A stretch of DNA of 62,851 nucleotides, the filler included, from Octopus bimaculoides (Eukaryota), in the NCBI RefSeq assembly GCF_001194135.2. It is 7 parts of 5 records of this genome, joined end to end, with 100 filler letters (N's around TTAATTAATTAA, not from the genome) between each part and the next. Parts side by side here need not be neighbours in the genome. Positions count along the whole stretch, not along the records: positions 1 to 3,356 come from NC_068993.1; positions 3,457 to 9,935 come from NC_069005.1; positions 10,036 to 17,436 come from NC_069005.1; 4 more parts are not named here. One strand, written 5' to 3'. The notes beneath the pieces were generated by a model. It saw nothing but the letters and a program-made list of their open reading frames with translations, ran no database searches and was not told the DNA's origin. The position numbers were made by a program, and so were the translations under genes. The first letter of the stretch is position 1, and each line of letters starts with the position of its first letter. This document shows positions 1 to 12,112 of the stretch, piece by piece.

Positions 1-21
1 ATATATATATATATATATATA

Positions 22-157
22 TACGACAGGCTTCTTCCACTCATACAGCTTTGGTCGGCCCGAAACTATAGAAGACATTTGCTCAAGGTGTCACGCTGTA
101 GGACTGAACTCAGAACTAGGTGGCTGGGAAGCGAAATTCTTACCACACAGCCATGCT
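22..157 (-). mobile_element. tRNA-derived SINE, family B (5' part)
   Basis: Reverse complement of the family-B head and body (ctgtgtggtaag...gcaaatgtcttcta...ggccgaccaaagc) seen in fuller copies at 11801 and 39207. Confidence 0.75.
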
Positions 158-653
158 CACGCTTACACAGATACAGGCACAGAGACACACACATAGACAC
201 ACACACACACACATACACACACATGCACGCATACACACACACATACATACATAATTTACCATCTCTATGTTTGTCTATCTTTTTCTGTCTATCTCTAGGT
301 AATTATAATATTTAATATCCCATTTAATTAGTATTTTACATGGCACCAGGAATTTTCCTCTTCTGAAGCAACGAATTTTATCGCACAATTTATCAATATG
401 GAATCCAGCGGAGGACAAAAACTGACAGATTATATTATAACTAAATCTTTCTGTGTCTGTCTGTTTGTCTGTCTGTCTGTCTCTGTCTCCTCTTGCTCTT
501 CCTCTCTCTCTCTCTTTCGACTTTCCTCTGTCTGTCCATTTTCTCCTTTTCACTTTTTCCTGATGTACATTTTCTCGAAGTTAATAAATGGCTCGACTTG
601 ATTTTCGAGAAACTTCAGGAAGAATATTTTCATGAAATTCCCATTGTCCTCGT

Positions 654-686
654 CGTTGCCGTTGTCGTTGTTGTTGTTGTTGTTGC

Positions 687-746
<60 letters not shown>

Positions 747-1092
747 CGTCGTTGTTATTTNNNNNNNNNNNNNNNNNNNNNNNNNNNNNNNNNNNNNNNN
801 NNNNNNNNNNNNNNNNNNNNNNNNNNNNNNNNNNNNNNNNNNNNNNNNNNNNNNNNNNNNNNNNNNNNNNNNNNNNNNNNNNNNNNNNNNNNNNNNNNNN
901 NNNNNNNNNNNNNNNNNNNNNNNNNNNNNNNNNNNNNNNNNNNNNNNNNNNNNNNNNNNNNNNNNNNNNNNNNNNNNNNNNNNNNNNNNNNNNNNNNNNN
1001 NNNNNNNNNNNNNNNNNNNNNNNNNNNNNNNNNNNNNNNNNNNNNNNNNNNNNNNNNNNNNNNNNCGTTGTCGTTGTTGTTGTTGTTGTTGC

Positions 1093-1152
<60 letters not shown>

Positions 1153-1160
1153 CGTCGTTG
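654..1160. repeat. (GTT)n microsatellite spanning a gap
   Basis: Pure GTT runs on both sides of the N gap; source of the poly-V/L/C ORFs. Confidence 0.95.
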
Positions 1161-1277
1161 TTATTTTTGTTGTCTGCAGAGGGAAACAAGTCGAAGCTAA
1201 GCAGTCACTCTCACTTTTTTTCCTTGTAAAAGCTCAATGCGTACATACACATATACATATATGTATGCACATACTCA

Positions 1278-1400
<123 letters not shown>

Positions 1401-2007
1401 TTCTGTGTTCTATGTGTATGTGTGCGTAATATTTACCTATGTATGCGTATGTATCATTCTGATATTGTTTTACGATGTATATCAGGTGCTTATATTCCAT
1501 CATTTCACACACCCGCGCACAAGCACACACACACACACACACACATACACACACACGCACATACATATTTGGAGCTTATAAACTTTCATTACGGTACCTC
1601 GTTTTGTTGGCATGAATAAACATGGTAGTTTTCTACTTTGACATCCTCAAAGGGTTTATTGTAAACGCAAGGCGTTTCCGTGTTTGTTTCCAAGTCTTAG
1701 AATATCTTGTTACTCGTTTGTTATTTCAAAACACCATTTAAATTTAAATAGCAAGCTTATGCATGCACCACGCACCCACCAACAAATGTATATATATATA
1801 TATGTACATACATATATGTATGTACGTATATGCATATGCATGTATATATGCATGAATATACATACATATAGAAACATATATACATACATATATATATATA
1901 TACATTCATATATATGTACACATACGTTTATATATACCAACACGTATATATACACACGTATATACATATATAGACCGTACAAAGATCTATATGTATGTTC
2001 ATATATG

Positions 2008-2047
<40 letters not shown>

Positions 2048-3356
2048 TACATATATGTATGTACGTATATGCATATGCATGTATATATGCATGAATATAC
2101 ATACATATAGAAACATATATACATACATATATATATATATATGTATATATATGTATCGATAGATAGATTTAAGTATATACATACATTTGTATTTCTGTGT
2201 GTGTGTATATATATACATATATACTGACATACATGTATATGCAGGTACATATTGTATATGGGTGTATATATGCATTCATGTGCTCGTGTATATACATGTG
2301 TGTACGTACACACACACACACACACACACACTCACACATATATATATGCACATAAATATAACCACATCTATACATATACACACAAGTATGTATATATGTA
2401 CAAACATGTATGTATATAAATATAATATATAGACGACAGCACACAAGAGACTCGTGCTAAAAAACTAAAAACAGGGCAACAGTTGGAAATCGAACGTTAG
2501 GCGTCAACTAATAGACGTCGCCATTCACTTTTAATCCTCCTACACATTTCGAGTAGTGAGACTTAATTCTTCATCAGAATCTAACCTATTACTCCCTCGC
2601 TACTCAGAGATCTTTTTTCTATAAAGTACGATTCTTGAAACAACACGATGATGTTCCTCAGGAATTCAACGTATGTATGTATGTGCAAGCAAATAGTAAA
2701 TCTAAGAAGTTATTAAGTTATTATAATTATTCTTCCATTACGATCTCTTCGGTAATATATGGTTCAGATGCATCATGAATATAAACGTGTTTGTCTAATA
2801 GTACAACATATTGCATGATTCATAAAGTTTTGTGAGCGGAAGACACGTCCCACTTATCAGTTGCTCGGAGATTTTTCGTTTGCTCACTCATTCCTAGACA
2901 CACATAGATGCAAACATACATACATCTATATACACATACATACACATATGTGCATACATACATACTTCTACGCATATATATAAGTATATACTCTATTAGA
3001 ATATAGAACTGCAAATAAATGTAGGGTAATCAACAGTAACAATATATAGATATAGTGGAGTTTGTTTATTCAGATGACACAAGCCTCATTGTATTTCCTT
3101 CCAGTTTCGAAATCATCAGAATAGTACTCTGATGATTTCGAAATTCAAAAGAAACATGATTAGTCTTGTAAGTGCCATCATCGAAGCAATCACACACGCG
3201 CGCGCACTCACACACACACATACACACACGTACATACACGTATTTATCTATTTATCTATCTATCTATCTGTCTGTCCGATTGTCCGCTTGCCTGTCTGTC
3301 TGTCTGTCTTTCTGTTTGCCTACCAACCTACCTGTCTACCTACCTGTCTACCTACC

Positions 3357-3456
3357 NNNNNNNNNNNNNNNNNNNNNNNNNNNNNNNNNNNNNNNNNNNN
3401 TTAATTAATTAANNNNNNNNNNNNNNNNNNNNNNNNNNNNNNNNNNNNNNNNNNNN
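3357..3456. other. Artificial scaffold spacer (44 N + TTAATTAATTAA + 44 N)
   Basis: 12-mer with stops in all six frames at 3401-3412, centred in exactly 100 bp; identical structure occurs six times. Confidence 0.95.
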
Positions 3457-3477
3457 GTGTGTGTGTGTGTGTGCATT

Positions 3478-3526
<49 letters not shown>

Positions 3527-3561
3527 GGACATATACATATATCTATACATACATACGTTCA

Positions 3562-3627
<66 letters not shown>

Positions 3628-4970
3628 TATATATATGTATGGATGGATGGATGTATGTATGTATGTATCTATCTATCTATCTATCTATGTAATAATAAAA
3701 ACGATAGGCATACGTATATATGTTACAAACAGGTGCAGGCGTGACTGTGCGTCTGACAAATACTCAGACAGATAAGCAGACAAGCAGACAGACAGACAGG
3801 TGCATGAGATGACATGAAGGAAAAAGAAAGAAAATTGCTAAAAGCTGAAGATAATACAAAGGAACTATGCGACAATGAGACGAAATAAAAAGGATAAAGG
3901 ATTCAATTACCACGGTATATAAAATAAAAAGATAACAAAGTGCCAATCAAGATCGAGCTTTGTCTTATTTCTATGCAACAGACAATTCGTATTCCAGGAG
4001 CAGACGGCCACCATACGCCATTTTTATGGGGAGAAAAATCGTAGTTGCTTTTGTTTTTTCGCGTTATATTCATTTTTCTTTTCCTTTTTCACTTTCTCTG
4101 CTGTGTTTGGAAAGCCACCGATCTTAATTCCTATGTACCTGTGCACACACACACACACACGCACACACACACACACACACACGCACGCACACACACACAC
4201 ATACATACACATACACATATATATGTATATATATGCACATATACACATATGTATATATATATATATAAAATCAAAACAAAAGATGGGACAAGAACGTAAC
4301 AGGCGACAACAAAACATTAGGACAGTTAGACGATACAAAAAAGGACAGGAAAAAACAAGGATAGGATATTCGGAGCTTTCAATCTTTAGTCGAGAGGCAG
4401 ATCGTCGTTGCAGTTCCGGTCGGTTAATCTCGAGACTGCTCTAATCTGACCGGCCCCAAGGAAATCTAAGCTAAGAGCACTAGATTCTTTGGAAGAAAGC
4501 AAGCGTATGTATATGAAAACAAGGACGAAAAGTAAAAAACGGAGCAATGGTGCACAATTACAAATACAAACAACAGGTGTCTTTCGACTAAGGACGAACT
4601 GAATTAAGTTGGCGTGTGTGCAAGTGGAAGTGTGTGGAAGGAACATAGAAGATGAAAGTCATGCGAAGCAATACGAGAGATGCTGCACGGTCGAACACCG
4701 GTCACGTGGAAGAAGAGGAGAGAGGTAGTGGATAGAGGGATTGAAGAAATAGGGAGGGACCAGAAAGACAGAAAAAAGGAAAGGGACAGACTGAGGTAAA
4801 AGAGGTGGGAAAGTGATGAGAATGAAAGGAGTGACAAGAAATGTGAGAGAGGCTGAGAGCGAGAAAAAGAAAAGTGGAAGGAACGCAGAAAGGGTGGAAA
4901 GGGGCTAAAGGAAAGAGTAAGAGTCATACAGAATTTAGATGTATATATATATATGTACTTGCATACAGGA

Positions 4971-5016
<46 letters not shown>

Positions 5017-5314
5017 AATATACACAAACATATGCATGCATACATACATAGATGCATGACTACATTCATGTCAAAATACTTATGCTAGCCACATTTTTCC
5101 GTCTTCGAAGGGTATTTACCCGGACTTCTTAGCTGTTTTCACAGCTATTCAGCATTTGAGACTTTCACTATTTTCTGTAAAATACCTATTCACTCGGCGC
5201 TTCAAAGTTTATTTATAAAAATGTTCCTACTTACGCATATTGCATATGCTAATTTATTTCAATGTATACATGCAAATATGTTCACGTACATATGTAAGTG
5301 AATACACAATATAA

Positions 5315-5377
<63 letters not shown>

Positions 5378-5980
5378 CATACATACATACATACATACAT
5401 GCATACATATATAGGTACAGGACGTCACCAACGGTTCAAAGAACATGAAATACGTAAACAAACGAGTTAAATGCGTAAACAACGAGAAAAAATGGAAAAG
5501 AGGAACAGGTCAAGTAAACACAGAGAACGGACCCTTCATCAGTTGTCGGCTGTCTATCTACTTCTCATTTCAAGCTTTCTCCGACATTATCAGTCTTCAA
5601 AGACAGTTGCTCTCATAAATTCTAAAATAAAATTTAAGGTTTATGGAGGGTCGTCCTGTGCCCTTATATGCATGTATATATACATATATATATATATATT
5701 TATTATTTAATTGAACGCTACGCATACATTCCAAAGTATATATGTATATATATAATATATACATATATATATATGTGTGTGTGTATGTATATGTATATGT
5801 ATATGTGTGTCTGTGTGTGCCTATGTACATATGTATATACGTATATATGTATATTAGAGGAAAAGGACAAGAAAACCAAGGCAGGACGAATATCTCAAGT
5901 CATTCATAATAATCTAATGTAGGGTTGTGTGTGTGCGTGTGTGTCCATGTACACACACACACGCACGCACACACACGCAC

Positions 5981-6040
<60 letters not shown>

Positions 6041-6124
6041 NNNNNNNNNNNNNNNNNNNNNNNNNNNNNNNNNNNNNNNNNNATATACACACATATACAT
6101 ATACATATATATATATACATATAC

Positions 6125-6716
6125 AAATTTATAATATATTTGGGAATAACAAGTATTCCAGGTTATCAGGACGTTTACTATTTTACACTTTTCTAATGAA
6201 ATGTAAAAAGTATACTCTATAATATTATAATTACAAATTTGGGATATTTACCAATAGATAAGCAACTCCTATTTCAGATTTGATAGGTTTCTAATTTAAT
6301 CGTTAATAATTTCCTTAGGTAGAGCATTTTCAATATACATCGTAATTGTACTTTAGTTATTTAATATTTAAAATTTTTTAAAAATATATTTGTAATTATT
6401 ATTTTTATTTTTAATATGATTTTTAACTTTTAATTTTACTCGTACGTAATAATAATATACATAGCCTGAGGACGCATTAGTTGATTTATGTATTAAGTAT
6501 AGCCTTAATACACACTCCACTAGCGCAGAAACCCGTGTAGCGATTACTTGTACTTTCCCCACAGATTAATAACAGGTAATATATATTTAACTAATTTTAT
6601 TGTATGTTATTTTAAATATTTTATTTGATGTAATTTTCTCTGCGTATACCATACCATGAGGTTATCCTGAAATAGGAGTTGCTTATCTATTGGTAAATAT
6701 CCCAAATTTGTAATTA
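6125..6716 (+). mobile_element. Short HHR-containing element with ~50-bp inverted repeat, between (TA)n tracts
   Basis: 6228-6277 is the exact reverse complement of 6667-6716; HHR-like core at 6461-6544. Confidence 0.6.
6461..6544 (+). ncRNA. Type I hammerhead-like motif with extended helix II (slightly decayed)
   Basis: atagc-CTGAGGA(6466-6472)-c-[gcattagttg...ccactagcgc, enclosing hairpin tgtattaag/cttaataca]-a-GAAAC(6528-6532)-ccgt-GTA(6537-6539)-gcgat; helix I atagc/gcgat has one mismatch. Confidence 0.55.
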
Positions 6717-6717
6717 C

Positions 6718-6750
<33 letters not shown>

Positions 6751-7094
6751 CATACATACATACATACATACATACATACATACATACAAACATTCTATAA
6801 TTATAAGCATAATTATAATTAGGGTTCAGTAAAATTGCTTCACCACATACCGAAATTTAGAAATAGCAGTTAAATACTATTCCACTACCATAAGATATCT
6901 CCCAGACAGCAATACTCCCAACTCAGGCAGGTAAAGAGAACATATAACGAATCTACCCGGCTTTGATCAACTATATACGCGTCTTTGGATTAAACAGATT
7001 GTAAAATATCATTTTTTACTCATTTCCGTCTTCCGTATCGTATTTCAATTATATATATATGTGTATGTGTGTGTGTGTATTTATATATACATAC

Positions 7095-7158
<64 letters not shown>

Positions 7159-7204
7159 ATACATACATACATACATACATATAAATATATACATATATAT
7201 ATAT

Positions 7205-7610
7205 TTTCGATGAAAAATATTGCAATACAAATGTATTACTTTCCAGTAAAATAAAGCCCCAGAAGGGTAGAAGTATAAATATAAATACAGATTAGTGGTA
7301 CAACAAGGCACCAATATTTACTGTCACAGCATCTGAAATATTGTCTAGGTAAAGGCAGCTGATGAAGACTGATCAAATTGACGTTGACAAAAGTATTTGA
7401 AGAGTCAGAAAACGGTCCTGCAGTATCCGATTATGGGTTGTCCATTTATCGAATGTTCTTCCTAGAGGTAAGACAAATTTTTTATGTTTGTTTCATTCAC
7501 ACGTCTTTGCCAATATATACGCAGTGAAGCTTTACAACAGTGTCGTATTTGTATCGACTGCTATTTCCAGTAAATATTGGTGCCTTGTTATACCACTCAT
7601 CTGTATTTAT
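7205..7610 (+). mobile_element. Short HHR-containing element with 43-bp inverted repeat, in (TA)n context
   Basis: 7281-7323 vs 7568-7610 are inverted with 2 mismatches; HHR-like core at 7355-7421. Confidence 0.6.
7355..7421 (+). ncRNA. Type I hammerhead-like motif (decayed)
   Basis: gcag-CTGATGA(7359-7365)-a-gact...agtc-a-GAAA(7408-7411)-acg-GTC(7415-7417)-ctgc; helix I gcag/ctgc and helix II gact/agtc pair; position 15.2 is A rather than C. Confidence 0.5.
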
Positions 7611-8488
7611 TTATATATATACATATATATATATATATANNNNNNNNNNNNNNNNNNNNNNNNNNNNNNNNNNNNNNNNNNNNNNNNNNNNNNNNNNNNN
7701 NNNNNNNNNNNNNNNNNNNNNNNNNNNNNNNNNNNNNNNNNNNNNNNNNNNNNNNNNNNNNNNNNNNNNNNNNNNNNNNNNNNNNNNNNNNNNNNNNNNN
7801 NNNNNNNNNNNNNNNNNNNNNNNNNNNNNNNNNNNNNNNNNNNNNNNNNNNNNNNNNNNNNNNNNNNNNNNNNNNNNNNNNNNNNNNNNNNNNNNNNNNN
7901 NNNNNNNNNNNNNNNNNNNNNNNNNNNNNNNNNNNNNNNNNNNNNNNNNNNNNNNNNNNNNNNNNNNNNNNNNNNNNNNNNNNNNNNNNNNNNNNNNNNN
8001 NNNNNNNNNNNNNNNNNNNNNNNNNNNNNNNNNNNNNNNNNNNNNNNNNNNNNNNNNNNNNNNNNNNNNNNNNNNNNNNNNNNNNNNNNNNNNNNNNNNN
8101 NNNNNNNNNNNNNNNNNNNNNNNNNNNNNNNNNNNNNNNNNNNNNNNNNNNNNNNNNNNNNNNNNNNNNNNNNNNNNNNNNNNNNNNNNNNNNNNNNNNN
8201 NNNNNNNNNNNNNNNNNNNNNNNNNNNNNNNNNNNNNNNNNNNNNNNNNNNNNNNNNNNNNNNNNNNNNNNNNNNNNNNNNNNNNNNNNNNNNNNNNNNN
8301 NNNNNNNNNNNNNNNNNNNNNNNNNNNNNNNNNNNNNNNNNNNNNNNNNNNNNNNNNNNNNNNNNNNNNNNNNNNNNNNNNNNNNNNNNNNNNNNNNNNN
8401 NNNNNNNNNNNNNNNNNNNNNNNNNNNNNNNNNNNNNNNNNNNNNNNNNNNNNNNNNNNNNNNNNNNNNNNNNNNNNNNNNNNNNNTA

Positions 8489-8626
8489 TAAGAGTGACTG
8501 TGTAGTAAGAAGCTTGTTTTCCAGCCACATGGTTCCGGGTTCAGTCCCAGTGCGTGGCACCTTGGGCCGACCAAAGCCTCGTGAGTGAATTTGGTAGATG
8601 GAAACTGAAAGAAGCCCGTCGTATAT

Positions 8627-8668
<42 letters not shown>

Positions 8669-8850
8669 GCATTTGTGTGTCTGTGTTTGTCCACCCACCA
8701 TCGCTTGACAACCGATGTTGTTCAGCAAAAGAGGCCGACAGAATAAGTACTAGGCTTACAAAGAATAAGTCTTAGGGCAATTTGTTCGACTAAAGGCGGT
8801 GCTCCAACATGACCGCAGTCAAATGACTGAAACAAGAAAAAGAAAATAAA
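8489..8850 (+). mobile_element. tRNA-derived SINE, family B
   Basis: Head (gtgactgtgtagtaag...ggttcagtccc), conserved body, internal simple repeat, 3' end ...gactgaaacaag. Confidence 0.85.
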
Positions 8851-9519
8851 AGAACATATGTATATATATGTATATATATATGTATATATATGTATCTATA
8901 TATATTTTTATACCAAAAATTAGGCAAAAATATTATATCTGTTAACAAACGTAGCAAAATACTCACAAGTGAGTTTTTGTATTTATATCGATTTAAATGA
9001 GAGCTCAAAACTGATCCATTGAAAATACTTTATTATAATAATGAAAATGACCTATGATCATTTCGATGCAATATCCAGATTGATTCATGCATATTATAAA
9101 ATATGGGATACTGCATCTCCTCAGGGCCTTATTAGTAGGAGGCAGACAATAAAAATAGATAACATTCAGATTCAACATTCATAGTTGACCTATGAAAACA
9201 TGCAAAAAAAAAAACAAGTTGAAAAGACATAAGATGTTATACAACCGTACATCATAACGGTGTTGAAANNNNNNNNNNTAAGATGTTATACAACCGTACA
9301 TCATAACGGTGTTGAAACCATGAACATATCAAGCAAATGATTCAAATTTATGATGCTAGACTATGAAGTTGGGTAATTAACCAATAACGATCGACTTTAC
9401 TTCTGTCTTTTTTTAAATGGTGGTGGAAAAGATGCGAGAGAAGGAGGACATTATAAGCCCTGAGTCATTTACAATTGAGATTACTATTAACTGTGAGGGG
9501 GGTAAGAAAATCTTAAGTT

Positions 9520-9905
9520 TAGACGCTGGTGTGGGTATGTGGTAAGAAGTTTGCTTCCTAACCACATGGTTCCTGGTTCAGTCCTACTATGTGGCACCTT
9601 GCGCAAGTGTTTTCTATTATAGCCTCGGACCGACCAAAGTCTTGAGAGTGGGTTTGGTAGACGGAAACCGAAAGGAGACCGTTGTATATATGTATATTTA
9701 TGTGTGTCTTTCTGTCTCCCAACACAGTTTGACAACCGGTGTTGGTTTAACTACGTCCCAGTATTTTAGAACTCCGGCAAGACACCGATAAGATGAGTGG
9801 CAGGGTAAAAATTATAAGTACTGGGATTGATTTGTTCGGTTAAATCCTTCAATGTGGTGCTCCAGCCTGACTGCTGTCCAAAAACTGAAACAATCAAAAA
9901 ATAAG
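9520..9905 (+). mobile_element. tRNA-derived SINE, family B (diverged)
   Basis: Colinear with copies at 11801, 39207 and 61020. Confidence 0.8.
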
Positions 9906-9935
9906 ATATGTGTGTGTGTGTGTGTATGTATATAT

Positions 9936-10035
9936 NNNNNNNNNNNNNNNNNNNNNNNNNNNNNNNNNNNNNNNNNNNNTTAATTAATTAANNNNNNNNN
10001 NNNNNNNNNNNNNNNNNNNNNNNNNNNNNNNNNNN
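9936..10035. other. Artificial scaffold spacer
   Basis: TTAATTAATTAA at 9980-9991 with 44 N on each side. Confidence 0.95.
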
Positions 10036-10247
10036 TCTCAGGAAATCGCCGGAGAGATCAGTCTGACGCGTAGGTCATTTTTCTTCTCATCATTGTTATT
10101 GTTTAACCCTAGGTCAGCCATGGTCAGGCAAATGTTTAATCCAAAAGCAAACAAAATATTAAGAGGTGCTTCCACACTCCTCAAAAACCTGGAACTCCCA
10201 AATTAGGGCCCCACTACCAGATGCAATTCAAACTCATGCCCCCAACA

Positions 10248-10284
<37 letters not shown>

Positions 10285-10480
10285 TGCATGCACGTGTACA
10301 CACAGGCATACACTCCTGCACACACATACACACATATGCTTTGTTTCTTTTCCATTTTTGACAATCACCACCTATCAAATGGCTAAGTCCTACTTTGCAG
10401 TAGAACAGCATAACTCTCATGGTGTAAATAGGACAAGGTATTTTTGTTCAATGCACCGATTTATCTACAATCTCTTGTGC

Positions 10481-10512
<32 letters not shown>

Positions 10513-10818
10513 ACACACACATACATGCACAACAGGTTTTTGTACACGTTTTCGCCTCCCAAGTTTCACTTACAAAGACATTGGTCCCCTTGATGGGCTG
10601 TGGTAGAAAACACATGGCTAGGCTGCCATGCAGTGAGATTGAACCCTCAACCATGTAGTTGGTAAGCAAACACCCTAACCACACAACCATTCTTCTCTCT
10701 CTCTCTCCCTCTCTCTCTCCCTCTCTCTCTCACCTTGTATCTGTCTTCATCCAAATTACTTTCCTTTGTGTTACACAAAAGGTAGGTAGATAGGAACATA
10801 CTATTGTCTTAATATATA

Positions 10819-11179
10819 CAGGGTAATTCAAAAGTCTCCATACGTAGGAAAAATTTAATTTTTTTATAAGTTTATAAGATCCCTTGATCTGACTCGTCTT
10901 GATTTCTAACTTTGGGGGCATTTGAAAGGCATGGTGTATCACAGAAAGATGAAGGACATAAATCATTTGAAGGGACACATCACCAGCTCATTTGCGCACA
11001 TATCACCAGATGTGCTATTACAAGTTTGCAACGAATGGGTAAACATATTGCAATGTGTATTCAAAACAAGGGTAACCATATAGAGACTCTTAAATACAAA
11101 AAAAAAACTGTTCTTATAAACTGTTTCTTATAAAAAAAAATAAATTGTTCCTATGTATGGCGACTTTAGAATCACCCTG
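10819..11179 (+). mobile_element. Internally deleted Tc1/mariner element (MITE-sized)
   Basis: 32-bp TIRs (cagggtaattcaaaagtctccatacgtaggaa; 4 mismatches), TA on both sides (10817-18, 11180-81); interior translates to DLTRLDF*LWGHLKGMVY, matching the SPDLTPLDFFLWGxLK transposase C-terminal motif. Confidence 0.9.
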
Positions 11180-11221
11180 TAGATTTATTTCTTAACAGCT
11201 TTCAGACAAAGTCTAAAACAC

Positions 11222-11296
11222 ATGATAGACACTCCAGAGGCAAAACACGAAATAAATGTTGAAACTGTTCCACTGGAAGAGCCTGCTCCCTCTGTG
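11222..11296 (+). CDS. DNAH2: Candidate upstream coding exon of DNAH2 (MIDTPEAKHEINVETVPLEEPAPSV)
   Basis: Acceptors at 11198 or 11205, open frame, perfect donor GTAAGT at 11297; phase 0 joins the 14953 exon. Acidic/Pro-rich like the variable DNAH2 N-terminus but no recognisable homology; the ATG may not be the true start. Confidence 0.45.
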
Positions 11297-11502
11297 GTAA
11301 GTTATGCACTGAAATCTTTTCATAACTAATTTGCACTTATTGATGAAGCAGAGGGGGTTTCAATTCTGGGAGCAAACCTTAAACCATAGTATTTGCTTCC
11401 AGAATGTATACAAATATATGTAGCACCCAAAAATATATGTATTTTTTTTTCTTCTTTCCTTCTTCCTCTCATCACTAAAACAAACAATATAATCAAAAAG
11501 AA

Positions 11503-11546
<44 letters not shown>

Positions 11547-11800
11547 TTTTCTCTCTCTTTGCTTTTCTTTCTCCCCCACCTTTTCCAAAAAGCAAAAAAA
11601 AATTTCTTTTCTAAATAAAGCAAAAAAACATCCAATTCCCATAAAACGTTCTGTTTTTATCATTTTCGTTTTAATTTTGTCTTGATGAGTTTGGTTAAAC
11701 GAATGAGTGTTAATAAAGAATTATTCGAAAATTCTGACTGCCTCCTTTTTGTCAATATATAATATTTGCACACCACTTCAAACTACATACATATGTATAC

Positions 11801-12112
11801 ACGCGCAGGAGTGGCTGTGTGGTAAGTAGCTTGCTTACCAACCACATGGTTCCGGGTTCAGTCCCATTGCGTGGCACCTTGGGCAAGTGTCTTCTACTAT
11901 AGCCTCGGGCTGACCAAAGCCTTGTGAGTGGATTTGGTAGACGGAAACTGAAAGAAGCCCATTGTATATATGTACATGTATATATATATGTGTGTCTGTG
12001 TTTGTCCCCCTAACATCGCTTGACAACCGATGCTGGTGTGTTTACATCCCCATAACTTAGCAGTTTGGCAAAAGAGACCAATAGAATACGTACTTGGCTT
12101 CCAAAGAATAAG
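11801..12112 (+). mobile_element. tRNA-derived SINE, family B
   Basis: Well-preserved head gcaggagtggctgtgtggtaag and B-box-like ggttcagtccc; runs into the gap. Confidence 0.9.

Noticed and set aside
1801-2139. Identical ~100-bp direct repeat (1801-1900 and 2040-2139)
   Set aside because: Low-complexity TA/TACA sequence; local slippage duplication or assembly effect.
3401-3412. TTAATTAATTAA recurring six times between N runs
   Set aside because: Constant 44+12+44 geometry marks an artificial six-frame-stop linker, not a biological repeat or CRISPR-like array.
9230-9317. 39-bp direct repeat either side of a 10-N gap (similar cases at about 33690-33800, 51848-52270 and 630-1170)
   Set aside because: Typical unmerged overlapping contig ends.
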